Both the position numbers and the translations under genes were made by a program. Below the pieces are notes generated by a model, which saw nothing but the letters and a program-made list of their open reading frames with translations, was not told the DNA's origin and searched no databases. A DNA stretch of 64,000 nucleotides, taken from the NCBI GenBank assembly GCA_038128845.1, contig JAYPKL010000001.1, positions 42,338-106,337 on the forward strand, read 5' to 3'. Of the stretch, positions 37,977 to 48,018 are shown in pieces (position 1 is the first letter of the stretch; each line of letters starts with the position of its first letter). The stretch comes from Candidatus Woesearchaeota archaeon. GTDB lineage: Archaea > Nanobdellota > Nanobdellia > UBA10117 > ARS21.

Positions 37977-38597
37977 AACAGATTTTATTTTTTCGGCCTT
38001 CTTTTTACCAATTTTTTCAACATTCTGTAAATCCTTTTCTGAGGCATTAAATATATTTTTTGGAGTTTTAAATTCATCGAGTAAAGCATTTGCCAATTTT
38101 GGACCTACACCAGGCAGACCTTCGATCAAATATTTCTGTTCTTCTTCAAGCGTCCAGAATCTTTTACCAACTCTAAAAGACAAAATATCATTTTTTTCGC
38201 GATATTCTCTCCGCAATAAATTTTTCAATATAATCGAAGTAAATTCTATATCTTCGGAATATATGACAGATATTCCATAATCTAATTTGAGAGAAAGTAA
38301 TGCAGAAATTATTGCATTTTCAGAAATATCTCTAGACCAATATAACTCTGACGAATCACCTTCAACAATAATTAATACTTTATCAAAATTATCTTTCAAA
38401 TTTTTTGCCTGATTAAACAATCTACCGTCAATAAGAGAAGCCAGAAAATCTGAAATTGTTTTTCTTTCAACTATACATTTTTCGGATAACAGATAATCAC
38501 CTATATCTAATTTACAAAACTCATAATCTATTTTTAATTTATTTAAATCAAAACCTATTCCTGATTTTTTTTCACGATTATCTATAAATATTTTCAT
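37950..38597 (-). CDS. hef: Hef/XPF-type ERCC4 nuclease domain plus HhH2, encoded as a separate ORF
   Basis: ERK nuclease motif (VERKTISD), GDYLL, and a C-terminal (HhH)2 motif GLPGVGPKLANALL. The start overlaps the stop of the upstream helicase ORF by 4 bp. Confidence 0.7.
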   Translation of the reverse strand: MKIFIDNREKKSGIGFDLNKLKIDYEFCKLDIGDYLLSEKCIVERKTISDFLASLIDGRLFNQAKNLKDNFDKVLIIVEGDSSELYWSRDISENAIISALLSLKLDYGISVIYSEDIEFTSIILKNLLRREYREKNDILSFRVGKRFWTLEEEQKYLIEGLPGVGPKLANALLDEFKTPKNIFNASEKDLQNVEKIGKKKAEKIKSVLEQESENQ

Positions 38598-40015
38598 TTT
38601 TTCAACAAGTTATACATATTTTCTTCTTTCTTCTTTGAAACCCAATAGTATTTTTCATCAATTGAATCTTTTGTCATAAGCATATATACTTTACCGACGT
38701 TTACTCTTCCTATACGACCTCTTCTCTGTATACTACGCAAAGCAGAAGGAACACATTCAAAAAATATTCCTATGTCTGCATCATCTACATGAATTCCTTC
38801 TTCTGAAACACTGGTGGCAACTAAAATATCAAATTTACCTTCTTTAAATTCTTCTAAAATTTTTTTTTGATTTTTCTGAGTAAATCCTTTTCTCTGACCA
38901 GTGAATTTGGAAGCAGAATAATCTCCAGATTGATTTATCCGTGTCACCAATTCATCAACAGATTGAACATACTGACAAAAAATTATAATTTTTTTATTTT
39001 TTTCAATCAAATCAAAAACTTTGTTAATCTTAAAATTATCAGAAAGATTTGTAATTAGTTTTTTTATTCTAATCATTCGAAAATCCTCTAAAATACTTTT
39101 TGAAGATTTTGCACTTTCTTTTTCCAATTTATCTAATGCTTTGATAAACGAAGAATTGGTTTGAGTTTCCAACATTTCAAGCAAGTGTAGCAATTTTATT
39201 ACTTTTGTATTTGTCATAATAAATCGATAATATGAAGAGTCTTCTTTAACTTTACCAAAAAGAATTTTATTTAGTTTAATTAATTCTCCTTTGCTCAAGT
39301 ATTCAAATTTACGATAAACCAATCTATTTTTATGTAAAATATTATAACTTTCTCTCAACATATCGACAATCATTTTCTTAATCTCCAGATGAATTTTTGA
39401 AAGATTTAAAGATATAACTTCAATATCTCTTTTTGGTAAATATTCTAACATTTCTTCTTTATTTACTATATGAAAAATATCCAACTTCAGTAGATCTTTC
39501 AACTCATCCAATCTTTCTTTCTCTGTTGCAGGACTAGCACTCATTGCCAAAATTTGAGAATTGTTTATTTTGTTTGCAATTTTTGTATATGCATATTCGC
39601 CACTTGTTCGATGAGCTTCATCAAATATAACTAAAGAAAAATCATCAAAACTAAAAAAACCTCGTTCATAATCTGAAATTATTGTTTGAGGAGTACCAAT
39701 TATTATATCTGATTCAAACCAAATATTTTTCCTTATTTCGGGATTAATAGTACCATCAACAATATTAATCAATTCGGGATCATTAAAGAAAACGTCATAA
39801 CTTTTTTTATGTTGTTGAACTAACGGTTTGGTTGGAGCCATTAATAAAATTTTACCAGAATTTAATTTTATTCCGGAAAGCGCAATGGCAATAATTGTTT
39901 TACCTGCACCCGTTGGTAAAACTATAAATGAATTTTTTTCTATTATTTTTCCCAAAGTTTTTTCCTGATATGGACGTAATTTAATTTTATCTTTATTTAA
40001 TTTCAACATTTTCAA
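38594..40015 (-). CDS. hef: Hef-type SF2 helicase domain protein (XPF/FANCM-like helicase), separate ORF
   Basis: Motif I VLPTGAGKT, motif II FDEAHR, and a C-terminal helicase domain (QRRGRIGR). 473 aa. Confidence 0.75.
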   Translation of the reverse strand: MKMLKLNKDKIKLRPYQEKTLGKIIEKNSFIVLPTGAGKTIIAIALSGIKLNSGKILLMAPTKPLVQQHKKSYDVFFNDPELINIVDGTINPEIRKNIWFESDIIIGTPQTIISDYERGFFSFDDFSLVIFDEAHRTSGEYAYTKIANKINNSQILAMSASPATEKERLDELKDLLKLDIFHIVNKEEMLEYLPKRDIEVISLNLSKIHLEIKKMIVDMLRESYNILHKNRLVYRKFEYLSKGELIKLNKILFGKVKEDSSYYRFIMTNTKVIKLLHLLEMLETQTNSSFIKALDKLEKESAKSSKSILEDFRMIRIKKLITNLSDNFKINKVFDLIEKNKKIIIFCQYVQSVDELVTRINQSGDYSASKFTGQRKGFTQKNQKKILEEFKEGKFDILVATSVSEEGIHVDDADIGIFFECVPSALRSIQRRGRIGRVNVGKVYMLMTKDSIDEKYYWVSKKKEENMYNLLKK

Positions 40016-40658
40016 TAAATTTTTCTACCTTCTCTTTATGACCTGCACCAATTACAACAAGTATTTTTGAATCAGGAAATTTATTTTTTAATAACTTTAT
40101 TTGATTTTTCATATAATTGTCCCTATCTTTAACCAAACAAGAATAAATATTTGGAAAATCCGATTTAAATTCACTAATTAATTCTTTTATTTTCTTTTGA
40201 CTTGGAACTTTTTTAACATCAAATTGAGCTTTACTTGAATTTTTCTTAAAAGCAAAAGTAAATAATTTTAATTTCTCTTTTAATGGAACTTCTTTTGACA
40301 ATTTTCTTAATGTAATTCTTATATCTTGATCAATTAATGCAATTTTTGCACCAGATTTTTTACCAAAAATTATTGCAGATTTCATATCATTTCCTGCAGA
40401 AGATCCGGTTTTTTTACCAATTATTTTTTGACTTATTGAACCGAATAATAGAAACAGGAATCCAAAAAATCCAATCTCGTAAATTAATTTTAAATTTATT
40501 TTTCTCTTACGATTTTTATTAAATAAATTCTTGTATCTATTTATATCTAATTCTACTGCGACTATATCTGGTTTAAATTCAATTATTGCAGATTTAATTT
40601 CTTTTACGCTGTTTTTTGAAACATGACTTGTTCCAATTACTAAAAACTGATTATCCAT
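39993..40658 (-). CDS. TraB/PrgY/GumN-family protein
   Basis: N-terminal LVIGTSHVS and VAVELD motifs, a central hydrophobic segment, and C-terminal GAGH. Confidence 0.5.
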   Translation of the reverse strand: MDNQFLVIGTSHVSKNSVKEIKSAIIEFKPDIVAVELDINRYKNLFNKNRKRKINLKLIYEIGFFGFLFLLFGSISQKIIGKKTGSSAGNDMKSAIIFGKKSGAKIALIDQDIRITLRKLSKEVPLKEKLKLFTFAFKKNSSKAQFDVKKVPSQKKIKELISEFKSDFPNIYSCLVKDRDNYMKNQIKLLKNKFPDSKILVVIGAGHKEKVEKFIENVEIK

Positions 40659-40706
40659 ATAGTATTTTGTAGAAATGTTTATATTTAAAAAAACTATTTC
40701 ATTTGT

Positions 40707-40967
40707 ATGTTAATTACAAAAAATCTTAACAGCGTACACGGTATAGATGTTTATACAGATTCTGGCGAATATTTTGGTAAAATTGAAGAAGCAATTTTAC
40801 TTCACAATAAAATCGATTCATGGAAAGTAAGAGCAACCCCGAGATCATACTTATCAAAAGCAATGCCAACTGCAAAAGGAGTAATTTTACCACACCACCA
40901 TGTTAAGGCCATCGGTGATGTAATGCTTGTATCAAGATCCGCAGCACCAGCATTCATTGAAGATTAA
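40707..40967 (+). CDS. small PRC-barrel-like protein (paralog of 29089..29343)
   Basis: 86 aa, GIDVYTDSGEYFGKIEEAIL pattern. Confidence 0.35.
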   Translation: MLITKNLNSVHGIDVYTDSGEYFGKIEEAILLHNKIDSWKVRATPRSYLSKAMPTAKGVILPHHHVKAIGDVMLVSRSAAPAFIED

Positions 40968-41009
40968 GTCATTACGATTTATTTATAAAATTTTATTATA
41001 GTATTTTTT

Positions 41010-42818
41010 ATGAATTTTAAAGATACATCCGAAATAAATGTTCCTAAAAAAGTCATTGATAAAATAATAGGACAAGCTCATGCAGTTAAAATCATTAAAA
41101 AAGCTGCAAACCAAAGACGTCATGTTCTATTGATTGGATCTCCTGGAACCGGAAAATCCATGCTGGGTAAAGCGCTATCCCAATTATTACCAAAATCTGA
41201 ACTTGAAGACGTCATGGTATTAAATAACCATAAAGACGAGAATAATCCTATTGTTAAAACTTTGACCTCAGGAAGAGGTTCGGAGATATTACAAATTGCA
41301 AGACAAAATTCAATTAAAAATTTAAAAAAACAATCAATATTTTTCTTAATTTTTTCAATATTGGTTTTACTTTTTCCTTGGTGGATTAGATCAATTTACG
41401 GCGATGTAATGGCTGCAGCATCAATGGTGTCAGGAGTAATGTTTCTTGTTTTATACGGGGTTGCAATAAATATGTCATCAAGAAAAAAACAAAGTAATGA
41501 ACCAAAATTATTAATTGATACAAATTTAAAAAATTCTTCACCATATATTGATGCAACTGGATCTCATGCAGGATCTCTTTTAGGAGATGTTAGACATGAT
41601 CCTTTCCAATCGGGAGGTCTTGGAACTCCCGCTCATTTAAGAGTCGAACCAGGTATGATTCATCGAGCAAATAAAGGTGTTTTATTTATCGATGAAATTG
41701 CAACAATCGACATTCCAACTCAACAAGAACTTTTAACCGCAATGCAAGAAAAGAAATCTTCCATAACAGGAAAATCTGATAAATCTGCTGGCGCCATGGT
41801 AAGAACTCAACCAGTGCCTTGCGATTTTATATTGGTGGCGGCAGGAAATATGGATACAATCGAAAAAATGCACCCTGCTCTTCGATCAAGAATAAGAGGG
41901 TACGGTTATGAAGTATTTATGGATAAAGACATAGATGAAACAAAAGAAAATTTGGAACTATTTTATCAATTCATTGCACAGGAAATAAGAAAAGACGGAA
42001 AAATTCCACATATGACAAAAAAAGCATGTGACGAAGTTTTAAGAATTGCAAAAAAAATGTCTGGCAAAAAGAAGAAATTAACCCTTAGATTGAGAGAACT
42101 CGGCGGATTAATTCGGGCAGCAGGAGATTTGGCAATAGAAGAAAAATCAAAACTAATCGAGTTAAAACATGTAATTTCTGCAGAAAAAGATCCACGTACC
42201 CTTGAAAATCAAATTGCAAAAAAACATATCAAGAATGTAACAGACTATCAAATAATTAGAAATAACGGTTATGAAGTTGGAAGAGTAAATGGTCTTGCAG
42301 TTATCGGAGATTCCGGAATAGTTTTACCAATTGAAAGTGAACTTGCCCCGGGCGGAAAAAGAAAACAAATTATTGCAACAGGTAAACTTGGAACAATTGC
42401 AAAAGAAGCAATACACAATGTGTCTGCAATTATCTTGAAAAATTTTGGAAAAGACATTAACGAAAAATATGACGTTTTCGTGCAATTTATTCAAACTTAT
42501 GAAGGAGTAGAAGGAGATTCTGCATCTGTTTCAGTTGCAACTGCGATAATATCTGCTCTAACTAACAATCCTATTAATCAAAGTTTTGCAATGACTGGTA
42601 GTTTATCTGTCAGAGGAGAGGTACTTCCTGTGGGAGGAGTAACTAACAAGATTGAAGCTGCAATTTCAGCAGGAATATCGGATGTAATAGTTCCTTTTTC
42701 AAATAAAGACGATATCGTTTTAGATAAATCTCAAATTAAAAAAATAAATATTCACTATGCAAAAAATATAGAAGACGTATTAAACCTTGCACTAAAGAAA
42801 AAAATAAAATGGAAATAA
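41010..42818 (+). CDS. lonB: archaeal membrane-bound Lon protease (LonB)
   Basis: AAA+ Walker A GSPGTGKS, two TM helices inserted within the ATPase domain, and a C-terminal Ser-Lys protease domain ([11 protein letters not shown]...PVGGV). Confidence 0.85.
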   Translation: MNFKDTSEINVPKKVIDKIIGQAHAVKIIKKAANQRRHVLLIGSPGTGKSMLGKALSQLLPKSELEDVMVLNNHKDENNPIVKTLTSGRGSEILQIARQNSIKNLKKQSIFFLIFSILVLLFPWWIRSIYGDVMAAASMVSGVMFLVLYGVAINMSSRKKQSNEPKLLIDTNLKNSSPYIDATGSHAGSLLGDVRHDPFQSGGLGTPAHLRVEPGMIHRANKGVLFIDEIATIDIPTQQELLTAMQEKKSSITGKSDKSAGAMVRTQPVPCDFILVAAGNMDTIEKMHPALRSRIRGYGYEVFMDKDIDETKENLELFYQFIAQEIRKDGKIPHMTKKACDEVLRIAKKMSGKKKKLTLRLRELGGLIRAAGDLAIEEKSKLIELKHVISAEKDPRTLENQIAKKHIKNVTDYQIIRNNGYEVGRVNGLAVIGDSGIVLPIESELAPGGKRKQIIATGKLGTIAKEAIHNVSAIILKNFGKDINEKYDVFVQFIQTYEGVEGDSASVSVATAIISALTNNPINQSFAMTGSLSVRGEVLPVGGVTNKIEAAISAGISDVIVPFSNKDDIVLDKSQIKKINIHYAKNIEDVLNLALKKKIKWK

Positions 42819-42970
42819 ATATTGAAAATTCAAAGCTCGAAAGAATAAAATCTGTATTGAAAAATTCAGAATTTAACACAGTTGATGATTTTATAAATCA
42901 TTCAATTGAATTATTACTTTTTGCTGAAGAAAATAAAGATAAGTTTAAAGACTTAGTTAGCAACTCTTAA
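42809..42970 (+). CDS. small ORF (53 aa), possible ribbon-helix-helix/CopG-like protein, overlapping lonB 3' end
   Basis: Below the ORF-track size cutoff; translated by hand as [54 protein letters not shown] beta-strand-helix-helix pattern is plausible. Confidence 0.25.
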   Translation: MEINIENSKLERIKSVLKNSEFNTVDDFINHSIELLLFAEENKDKFKDLVSNS

Positions 42971-42993
42971 AAATTTAGGATAATTAATTCACT

Positions 42994-44265
42994 ATGTTAG
43001 ATATTACTTTATTTAGAGAAAATCCAGAAATAATTAAAGACTCAGAAAAAAAACGTTTCAAAAAAACAGATACTGTTGATTTAGTTATAGAATTTGATAA
43101 TAAATGGCGAAAAGAAGTATCAAAATTGCAAAAATTAAAAAGCCAAAGAAATTCATTTTCTAAAGAAATAAACGATTTAAAAAAACAAAAAAAATCTTTC
43201 AAATCAAAAATACTTGAAGTGCAAGAAATTAATAAAAAGATTAAAGCTTCTGAAGAAAAATCAAACAAATTAATAGAAAAAAGAGATTCATATCGATATA
43301 AAGTTGGCAATATTCTTAATAAAAAAGTCCCAATTTCAAAAGATGAATCTGGAAATAAAATTGAACGGACGTGGGGAAAACCAAAAAAATTTTCATTTAA
43401 ACCAAAACATCAGGCAGATATCATTTTAGATATAGATGGTGCAGACTTAGATCGAGCTGCAAAATATTCTGGAGCACGTTTCTATTATTTAAAAAATGAG
43501 TTGGCCATACTTAATATGTCCATTTTGAGATACGCCATAGATGAATTAATTAAAGAAGGTTTTACGCCTATGCAAACTCCTGTATTTCTTCGACATGAAC
43601 CAATGAGCGCTGCAGCAGAACTTGCCGATTTTCAAGATCAACTATATAAGATTGAGGGCGAAGATAATTATCTTATTGCCACATCGGAACAAACTCTTGC
43701 ATCATATCATATGAATGAAGTGTTAAATTGGAAGGATTTACCAATTAAATACACTGCACATTCTTTATGTTTTAGAAAAGAGGCCGGAAGCCATGGCAAA
43801 GATACAAAAGGAATTTTTAGAGTTCACCAATTTGACAAAATTGAACAATTTATTTTTTCAAAACCCGAAGATAGCGAAAAACTTCATGAAAAAATGATCG
43901 AAATAACGGAAAATATATTCAAAGGACTTGAAATACCATACAGAGTTGTTAATGTTGCATCTGGAGAAATGAATGATAATGGTTCATTAAAATATGATAT
44001 TGAGGGATGGTTTCCTGCACAAAATGCGTATAGAGAATTATGTTCCGGAACTAATTGTGGAGATTACCAAGCAAGAAAATTAAATATTAAATTTGACTCA
44101 AATGAAGGTAATCAAAAAACAATACATACTCTAAATTGTACTGCGATGGCATCACAAAGAACAATAGCATGTCTTTTAGAAAATCATCAGAATAAAGACG
44201 GTTCTATCAATATTCCAAAAAAATTAATTAAATATACTGGATTTAAAAAAATCAAGCTTAAATGA
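42994..44265 (+). CDS. serS: seryl-tRNA synthetase
   Basis: N-terminal coiled-coil arm, class II motif 2 FRKEAGSHGKDTKGIFRVHQFDKIEQF, and motif 3 near the C-terminus. Confidence 0.9.
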   Translation: MLDITLFRENPEIIKDSEKKRFKKTDTVDLVIEFDNKWRKEVSKLQKLKSQRNSFSKEINDLKKQKKSFKSKILEVQEINKKIKASEEKSNKLIEKRDSYRYKVGNILNKKVPISKDESGNKIERTWGKPKKFSFKPKHQADIILDIDGADLDRAAKYSGARFYYLKNELAILNMSILRYAIDELIKEGFTPMQTPVFLRHEPMSAAAELADFQDQLYKIEGEDNYLIATSEQTLASYHMNEVLNWKDLPIKYTAHSLCFRKEAGSHGKDTKGIFRVHQFDKIEQFIFSKPEDSEKLHEKMIEITENIFKGLEIPYRVVNVASGEMNDNGSLKYDIEGWFPAQNAYRELCSGTNCGDYQARKLNIKFDSNEGNQKTIHTLNCTAMASQRTIACLLENHQNKDGSINIPKKLIKYTGFKKIKLK

Positions 44266-44870
44266 AACTATTGGCTTTTACAGACACACACGGAAAAAAA
44301 TCAAATATTGACGAAATTAAATTAATTGCAAAAAAATATAAACCCGATATTTTAATTTCTGCAGGAGATTTTACAAATTTTGGAAAAAATATAGATGATA
44401 AATTAAAAGAATTTGATTTCGGATTCAAACTTTTATATATACTCGGAAACCACGAAGAAGAAAGCGAAATATCTTATTCACCAAAAAATTTTTTTAACAT
44501 CCATATGAATTCTAAAATAATTAAAGATATTTTATTTCTGGGATGCGGAGGAGGACTATTTGGTGAAATTGAAAATAATTTTGAAAAGTGTAAAAATGAA
44601 TTTAAAAAAATAATATCCAATTTCAAAAAAAATAATCCTACTGGAAAAGTTGTATTAATAACTCATCGGCCGCCAAAAAATACTAAATTAGATTATATGA
44701 AAAAATATTCTTCAGGAGTTGGAGCAAAAAATATATCTGATTTTATTCAAGATAATGCAATTGACATAGCTATTTCAGGACATATACATGAAAATTTCGG
44801 AAAAGTAGATTTATTAAATAAAACAAAATTATATAATCCGGGACCAAAAGGTAGAATTATCAAAATATAA
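44262..44870 (+). CDS. calcineurin-like metallophosphoesterase
   Basis: FTDTHG, GDFTNFG, GNHE and GHIH motifs. Overlaps serS by 4 bp. Confidence 0.6.
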   Translation: MKLLAFTDTHGKKSNIDEIKLIAKKYKPDILISAGDFTNFGKNIDDKLKEFDFGFKLLYILGNHEEESEISYSPKNFFNIHMNSKIIKDILFLGCGGGLFGEIENNFEKCKNEFKKIISNFKKNNPTGKVVLITHRPPKNTKLDYMKKYSSGVGAKNISDFIQDNAIDIAISGHIHENFGKVDLLNKTKLYNPGPKGRIIKI

Positions 44871-46882
44871 TGGAATTAATTATTGCCGAAAAACCAAGTG
44901 CTGCAAAAAAAATATCTGAAGCCTTGGGAAATTTCAAAGTTAATAAATTTCGAAACGTAACTTATTTTGTTTCAAAAGATAATTCGATAGTAATTCTTCC
45001 AGCAGTAGGACATTTATTCAATTTAAAAAAAAACAAAAGATTTTATCCGGTTTTTGATTTAATTTGGATTCCAAATCATGAAATTTCAAAATCTTCTTCA
45101 TTCACTAAACCTTATTTAGATTTATTTAAATCATTTAAAAATAAAATATCAAAAATTACAATTGCAACAGATTATGATTCAGAAGGCGAAGTTATTGGTT
45201 ACAACATTTTACGAAATATTTACAATAAAGAAAATGCAAATCGAATGAAATTCTCATCTATGACTTTGGACGAATTAAAAAATTCTTATAAAAATAAAAA
45301 TAATTCAATCAATTTACCTCAAGTAAATGCAGGTTTATTAAGACATTACCTTGACTGGTATTATGGAATAAATTTGTCTCAGATTTTGTCAAAATCTGTT
45401 TCAAATAAAATAAATCGTTATCAACCAATGAGTATTGGAAGAGTACAAGGACCAATATTAGCCATACTATCTGAAAGAGAAATAGAAATAGAAAATTTCA
45501 AATCTAAATTTTTTTGGCAAATATTTGCAAATATTTATCTAAATAAAAATTCGATCAAAGCATCACATAAAAAAGATAAATTTTTTGATGAAGTTAATGC
45601 AAAAAATATTTATAATAAAGTTATTAATCAAGATGCAAAAGTTTCAAAGATAGATAAAATTGCAAAAAAAATACCTCCTCCTTTTCCGTTCAATTTAACA
45701 AATTTACAATTAGAAGCTTATAAATTATTTAAATACACTCCTTCGATGACACTAAAACTCGCACAATCACTTTATTCAAAGGGTTATATTTCTTATCCTC
45801 GTACTTCTTCCCAAAAATTACCCAAATCCATCGGATACGAAAAAATCTTCAACAAACTATCTAAAAATATAGAGTATTCAAATTTAATTAAACAATTAAA
45901 TTTAATTAATTCCAGTCCAAATAATGGACCAAAAAGCGATCCCGCTCATCCGGCAATTTATCCCACTGGAAATCTACCGAAAAAAATATCACCTTATGAA
46001 ATTAAAATTTATGATTTGATTGTAAAAAGATTTTTGTCCTCATTTGGAAAAGAAATGATTCGAGAGAATACTTATGTAGAGATTGATATAAATTCCGAAA
46101 AATTTCAATTTTCAACCTCAAAAACTCTAGCAGAAGGTTGGTCAAAATTATATACTAATTATTTAAGACTAAAAAATACAGTTTTACCTGATTTAAATGT
46201 GGGTGACATTATTAATCAAAATTCATCAATAGAGAAAGGCGAAACAAAACATCCACCGAGATATACTCCTGCGTCACTAATAAAGTTATTAGATAGAGAG
46301 GGAATCGGAACAAAAGCCACTCGATCATCCATAATTGAAATTTTAGAAAATAGAAAATATATTTCAGGAAATCCAATTAAAGTAACTAAATTTGGCATGA
46401 ATTTATTTTATACTTTAAAGAAATTTTGCCCCGAAATAATCTCAGTAAGTTTAACTAAAAAATTAGATAACTCAATGCAACAAATATTAGAAAAAAAATT
46501 AGACAAAAATAAAATCCTAAGTATTGCAGAAAATAACGTTTCAGAATATTACTCTAAGTTAAAAAATAATTCTGAAAAAATCGGAGATATACTGGCTAAT
46601 TCATTTAAAGATACAAAATCAAAACTCATCGAATTATATTTGCATGATTGTGGAAATATGCTTATTATTAGAAATTCAAAAAAATCAAAAAAGAGATTTA
46701 TTGCATGTTCTAATTACCCCGAATGTAAATTTACATTACCGTTACCTCAGAGAGGAAAAATTTCTGTGGAAAATAAAAAGTGTAATAAGTGTAACAATCC
46801 AATTTTAAGTACAACTAATAAAAAGAAAAAATGGACTTTTTGTCCAAATCCTGCGTGCAAATCAGAAAATGAAACTACCTGA
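44870..46882 (+). CDS. topA: type IA DNA topoisomerase (TopA/Topo III-like) with C-terminal Zn ribbons
   Basis: Toprim N-terminus (ELIIAEKPSAAKKI), catalytic Tyr region (SYPRTSS), and C-terminal C4 zinc ribbons (CSNYPECKF..., CNKCN...CPNPAC). Confidence 0.8.
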   Translation: MELIIAEKPSAAKKISEALGNFKVNKFRNVTYFVSKDNSIVILPAVGHLFNLKKNKRFYPVFDLIWIPNHEISKSSSFTKPYLDLFKSFKNKISKITIATDYDSEGEVIGYNILRNIYNKENANRMKFSSMTLDELKNSYKNKNNSINLPQVNAGLLRHYLDWYYGINLSQILSKSVSNKINRYQPMSIGRVQGPILAILSEREIEIENFKSKFFWQIFANIYLNKNSIKASHKKDKFFDEVNAKNIYNKVINQDAKVSKIDKIAKKIPPPFPFNLTNLQLEAYKLFKYTPSMTLKLAQSLYSKGYISYPRTSSQKLPKSIGYEKIFNKLSKNIEYSNLIKQLNLINSSPNNGPKSDPAHPAIYPTGNLPKKISPYEIKIYDLIVKRFLSSFGKEMIRENTYVEIDINSEKFQFSTSKTLAEGWSKLYTNYLRLKNTVLPDLNVGDIINQNSSIEKGETKHPPRYTPASLIKLLDREGIGTKATRSSIIEILENRKYISGNPIKVTKFGMNLFYTLKKFCPEIISVSLTKKLDNSMQQILEKKLDKNKILSIAENNVSEYYSKLKNNSEKIGDILANSFKDTKSKLIELYLHDCGNMLIIRNSKKSKKRFIACSNYPECKFTLPLPQRGKISVENKKCNKCNNPILSTTNKKKKWTFCPNPACKSENETT

Positions 46883-46939
46883 GACTGTTGAAGAAGATTT
46901 AGAAAATATATCTGAACAAGAATTATCAATAAAAAAAGA

Positions 46940-46972
46940 GCGAAAATGGCTCAGGTTTTTCGCGTATTTTAT
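46940..46972. terminator. weak inverted repeat (GCGAAAA...TTTTCGC, 10-nt loop) between convergent topA and radB
   Basis: Read directly from the sequence. A loosely structured candidate only. Confidence 0.2.
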
Positions 46973-47002
46973 GATAACTATTGTAATAATCTATTACGTT
47001 TT

Positions 47003-47695
47003 TTAATAAGAAAATTCAAATTTTTTAGTTCCACTTGATTCAATTATATTTTTGGAAGTTATTTCAAAATTTACTTTTTTCGGAGGAATGGATCTATGCT
47101 TAACTAATTTTAATTTTCTACCTGTAATATCCGTCCTCAATTGAATTATGCATTTTGAAGTATATTTCATCAAATCTCCTCCGACCATCTTAATATTTGA
47201 ACTATTTTCAAAATCCGCATAAACTTGATTTGTTAATAATATTGGTATTTTTTTATCATGAGAAATTTTTCTTAAGATACTTAATTGTCTTGCAAGTTCT
47301 TTATTAACATCATATGCTTCACGTTCACCTTTCTCCAATCGATATAACATAGATATTGAATCTACAATAATTAATCCAACATCATTTTTATTTGATATCT
47401 CTTCAAGATTGTTGAATATTTCTGATTGTTCAAAAAAACTATTTGGTTTACTTATTATCAAATTTTCAATTCTTTTTTCATAATCTGAAAACAATTGTTT
47501 TGCTCTTTCAATTGAAAAACCACCTTCTGTATCAATAAATATAACTTTTTTATCTTTCGAATTATTCAATGCAATTAATATTGCAATATTTGTTTTACCG
47601 CTGCCACTTGGACCATAAATTGTTGTTGTAACTTCTGGCTCAAGACCACCTTCTAAAATATCATCAATAAGTTCAGAACCAGTACTGACTCGCAT
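47003..47695 (-). CDS. radB: RadB recombinase paralog (RecA/RadA superfamily)
   Basis: 230 aa. Walker A GPSGSGKT, Walker B LIIVDSI. It lacks the N-terminal HhH domain present in the RadA encoded at 57833..58837. Confidence 0.75.
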   Translation of the reverse strand: MRVSTGSELIDDILEGGLEPEVTTTIYGPSGSGKTNIAILIALNNSKDKKVIFIDTEGGFSIERAKQLFSDYEKRIENLIISKPNSFFEQSEIFNNLEEISNKNDVGLIIVDSISMLYRLEKGEREAYDVNKELARQLSILRKISHDKKIPILLTNQVYADFENSSNIKMVGGDLMKYTSKCIIQLRTDITGRKLKLVKHRSIPPKKVNFEITSKNIIESSGTKKFEFSY

Positions 47696-47712
47696 TTCAA
47701 AATATTTTTATA

Positions 47713-47961
47713 GTGATATTTAAGGTATTGTATATGTCACAATCAAGAAAAGAGTATATGAAAGAGTATAATCAGAGACCTTATGTAAAGCGAAAAAAAG
47801 CAGATTATATGAGAAAATTACGTTCCAAATTGGATCAAAAAAATTCAGAAAAGCTTGTTGAGCTATTACTTAATTACGGATTTGAAGATTGGGCAGAATC
47901 TATTGCAGAAGCAAGAGCGCCACATATGCTTATAAAAAACACATTACGAAGAAGAAAATAA
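47713..47961 (+). CDS. small basic hypothetical protein
   Basis: 82 aa, K/R-rich, with no recognisable motif. Confidence 0.3.
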   Translation: MIFKVLYMSQSRKEYMKEYNQRPYVKRKKADYMRKLRSKLDQKNSEKLVELLLNYGFEDWAESIAEARAPHMLIKNTLRRRK

Positions 47962-48018
47962 ATTTTTTTGAAAGTTTCCACTAATTTCCTTTTTAAAATT
48001 TAATGTTTTAATCAATTC

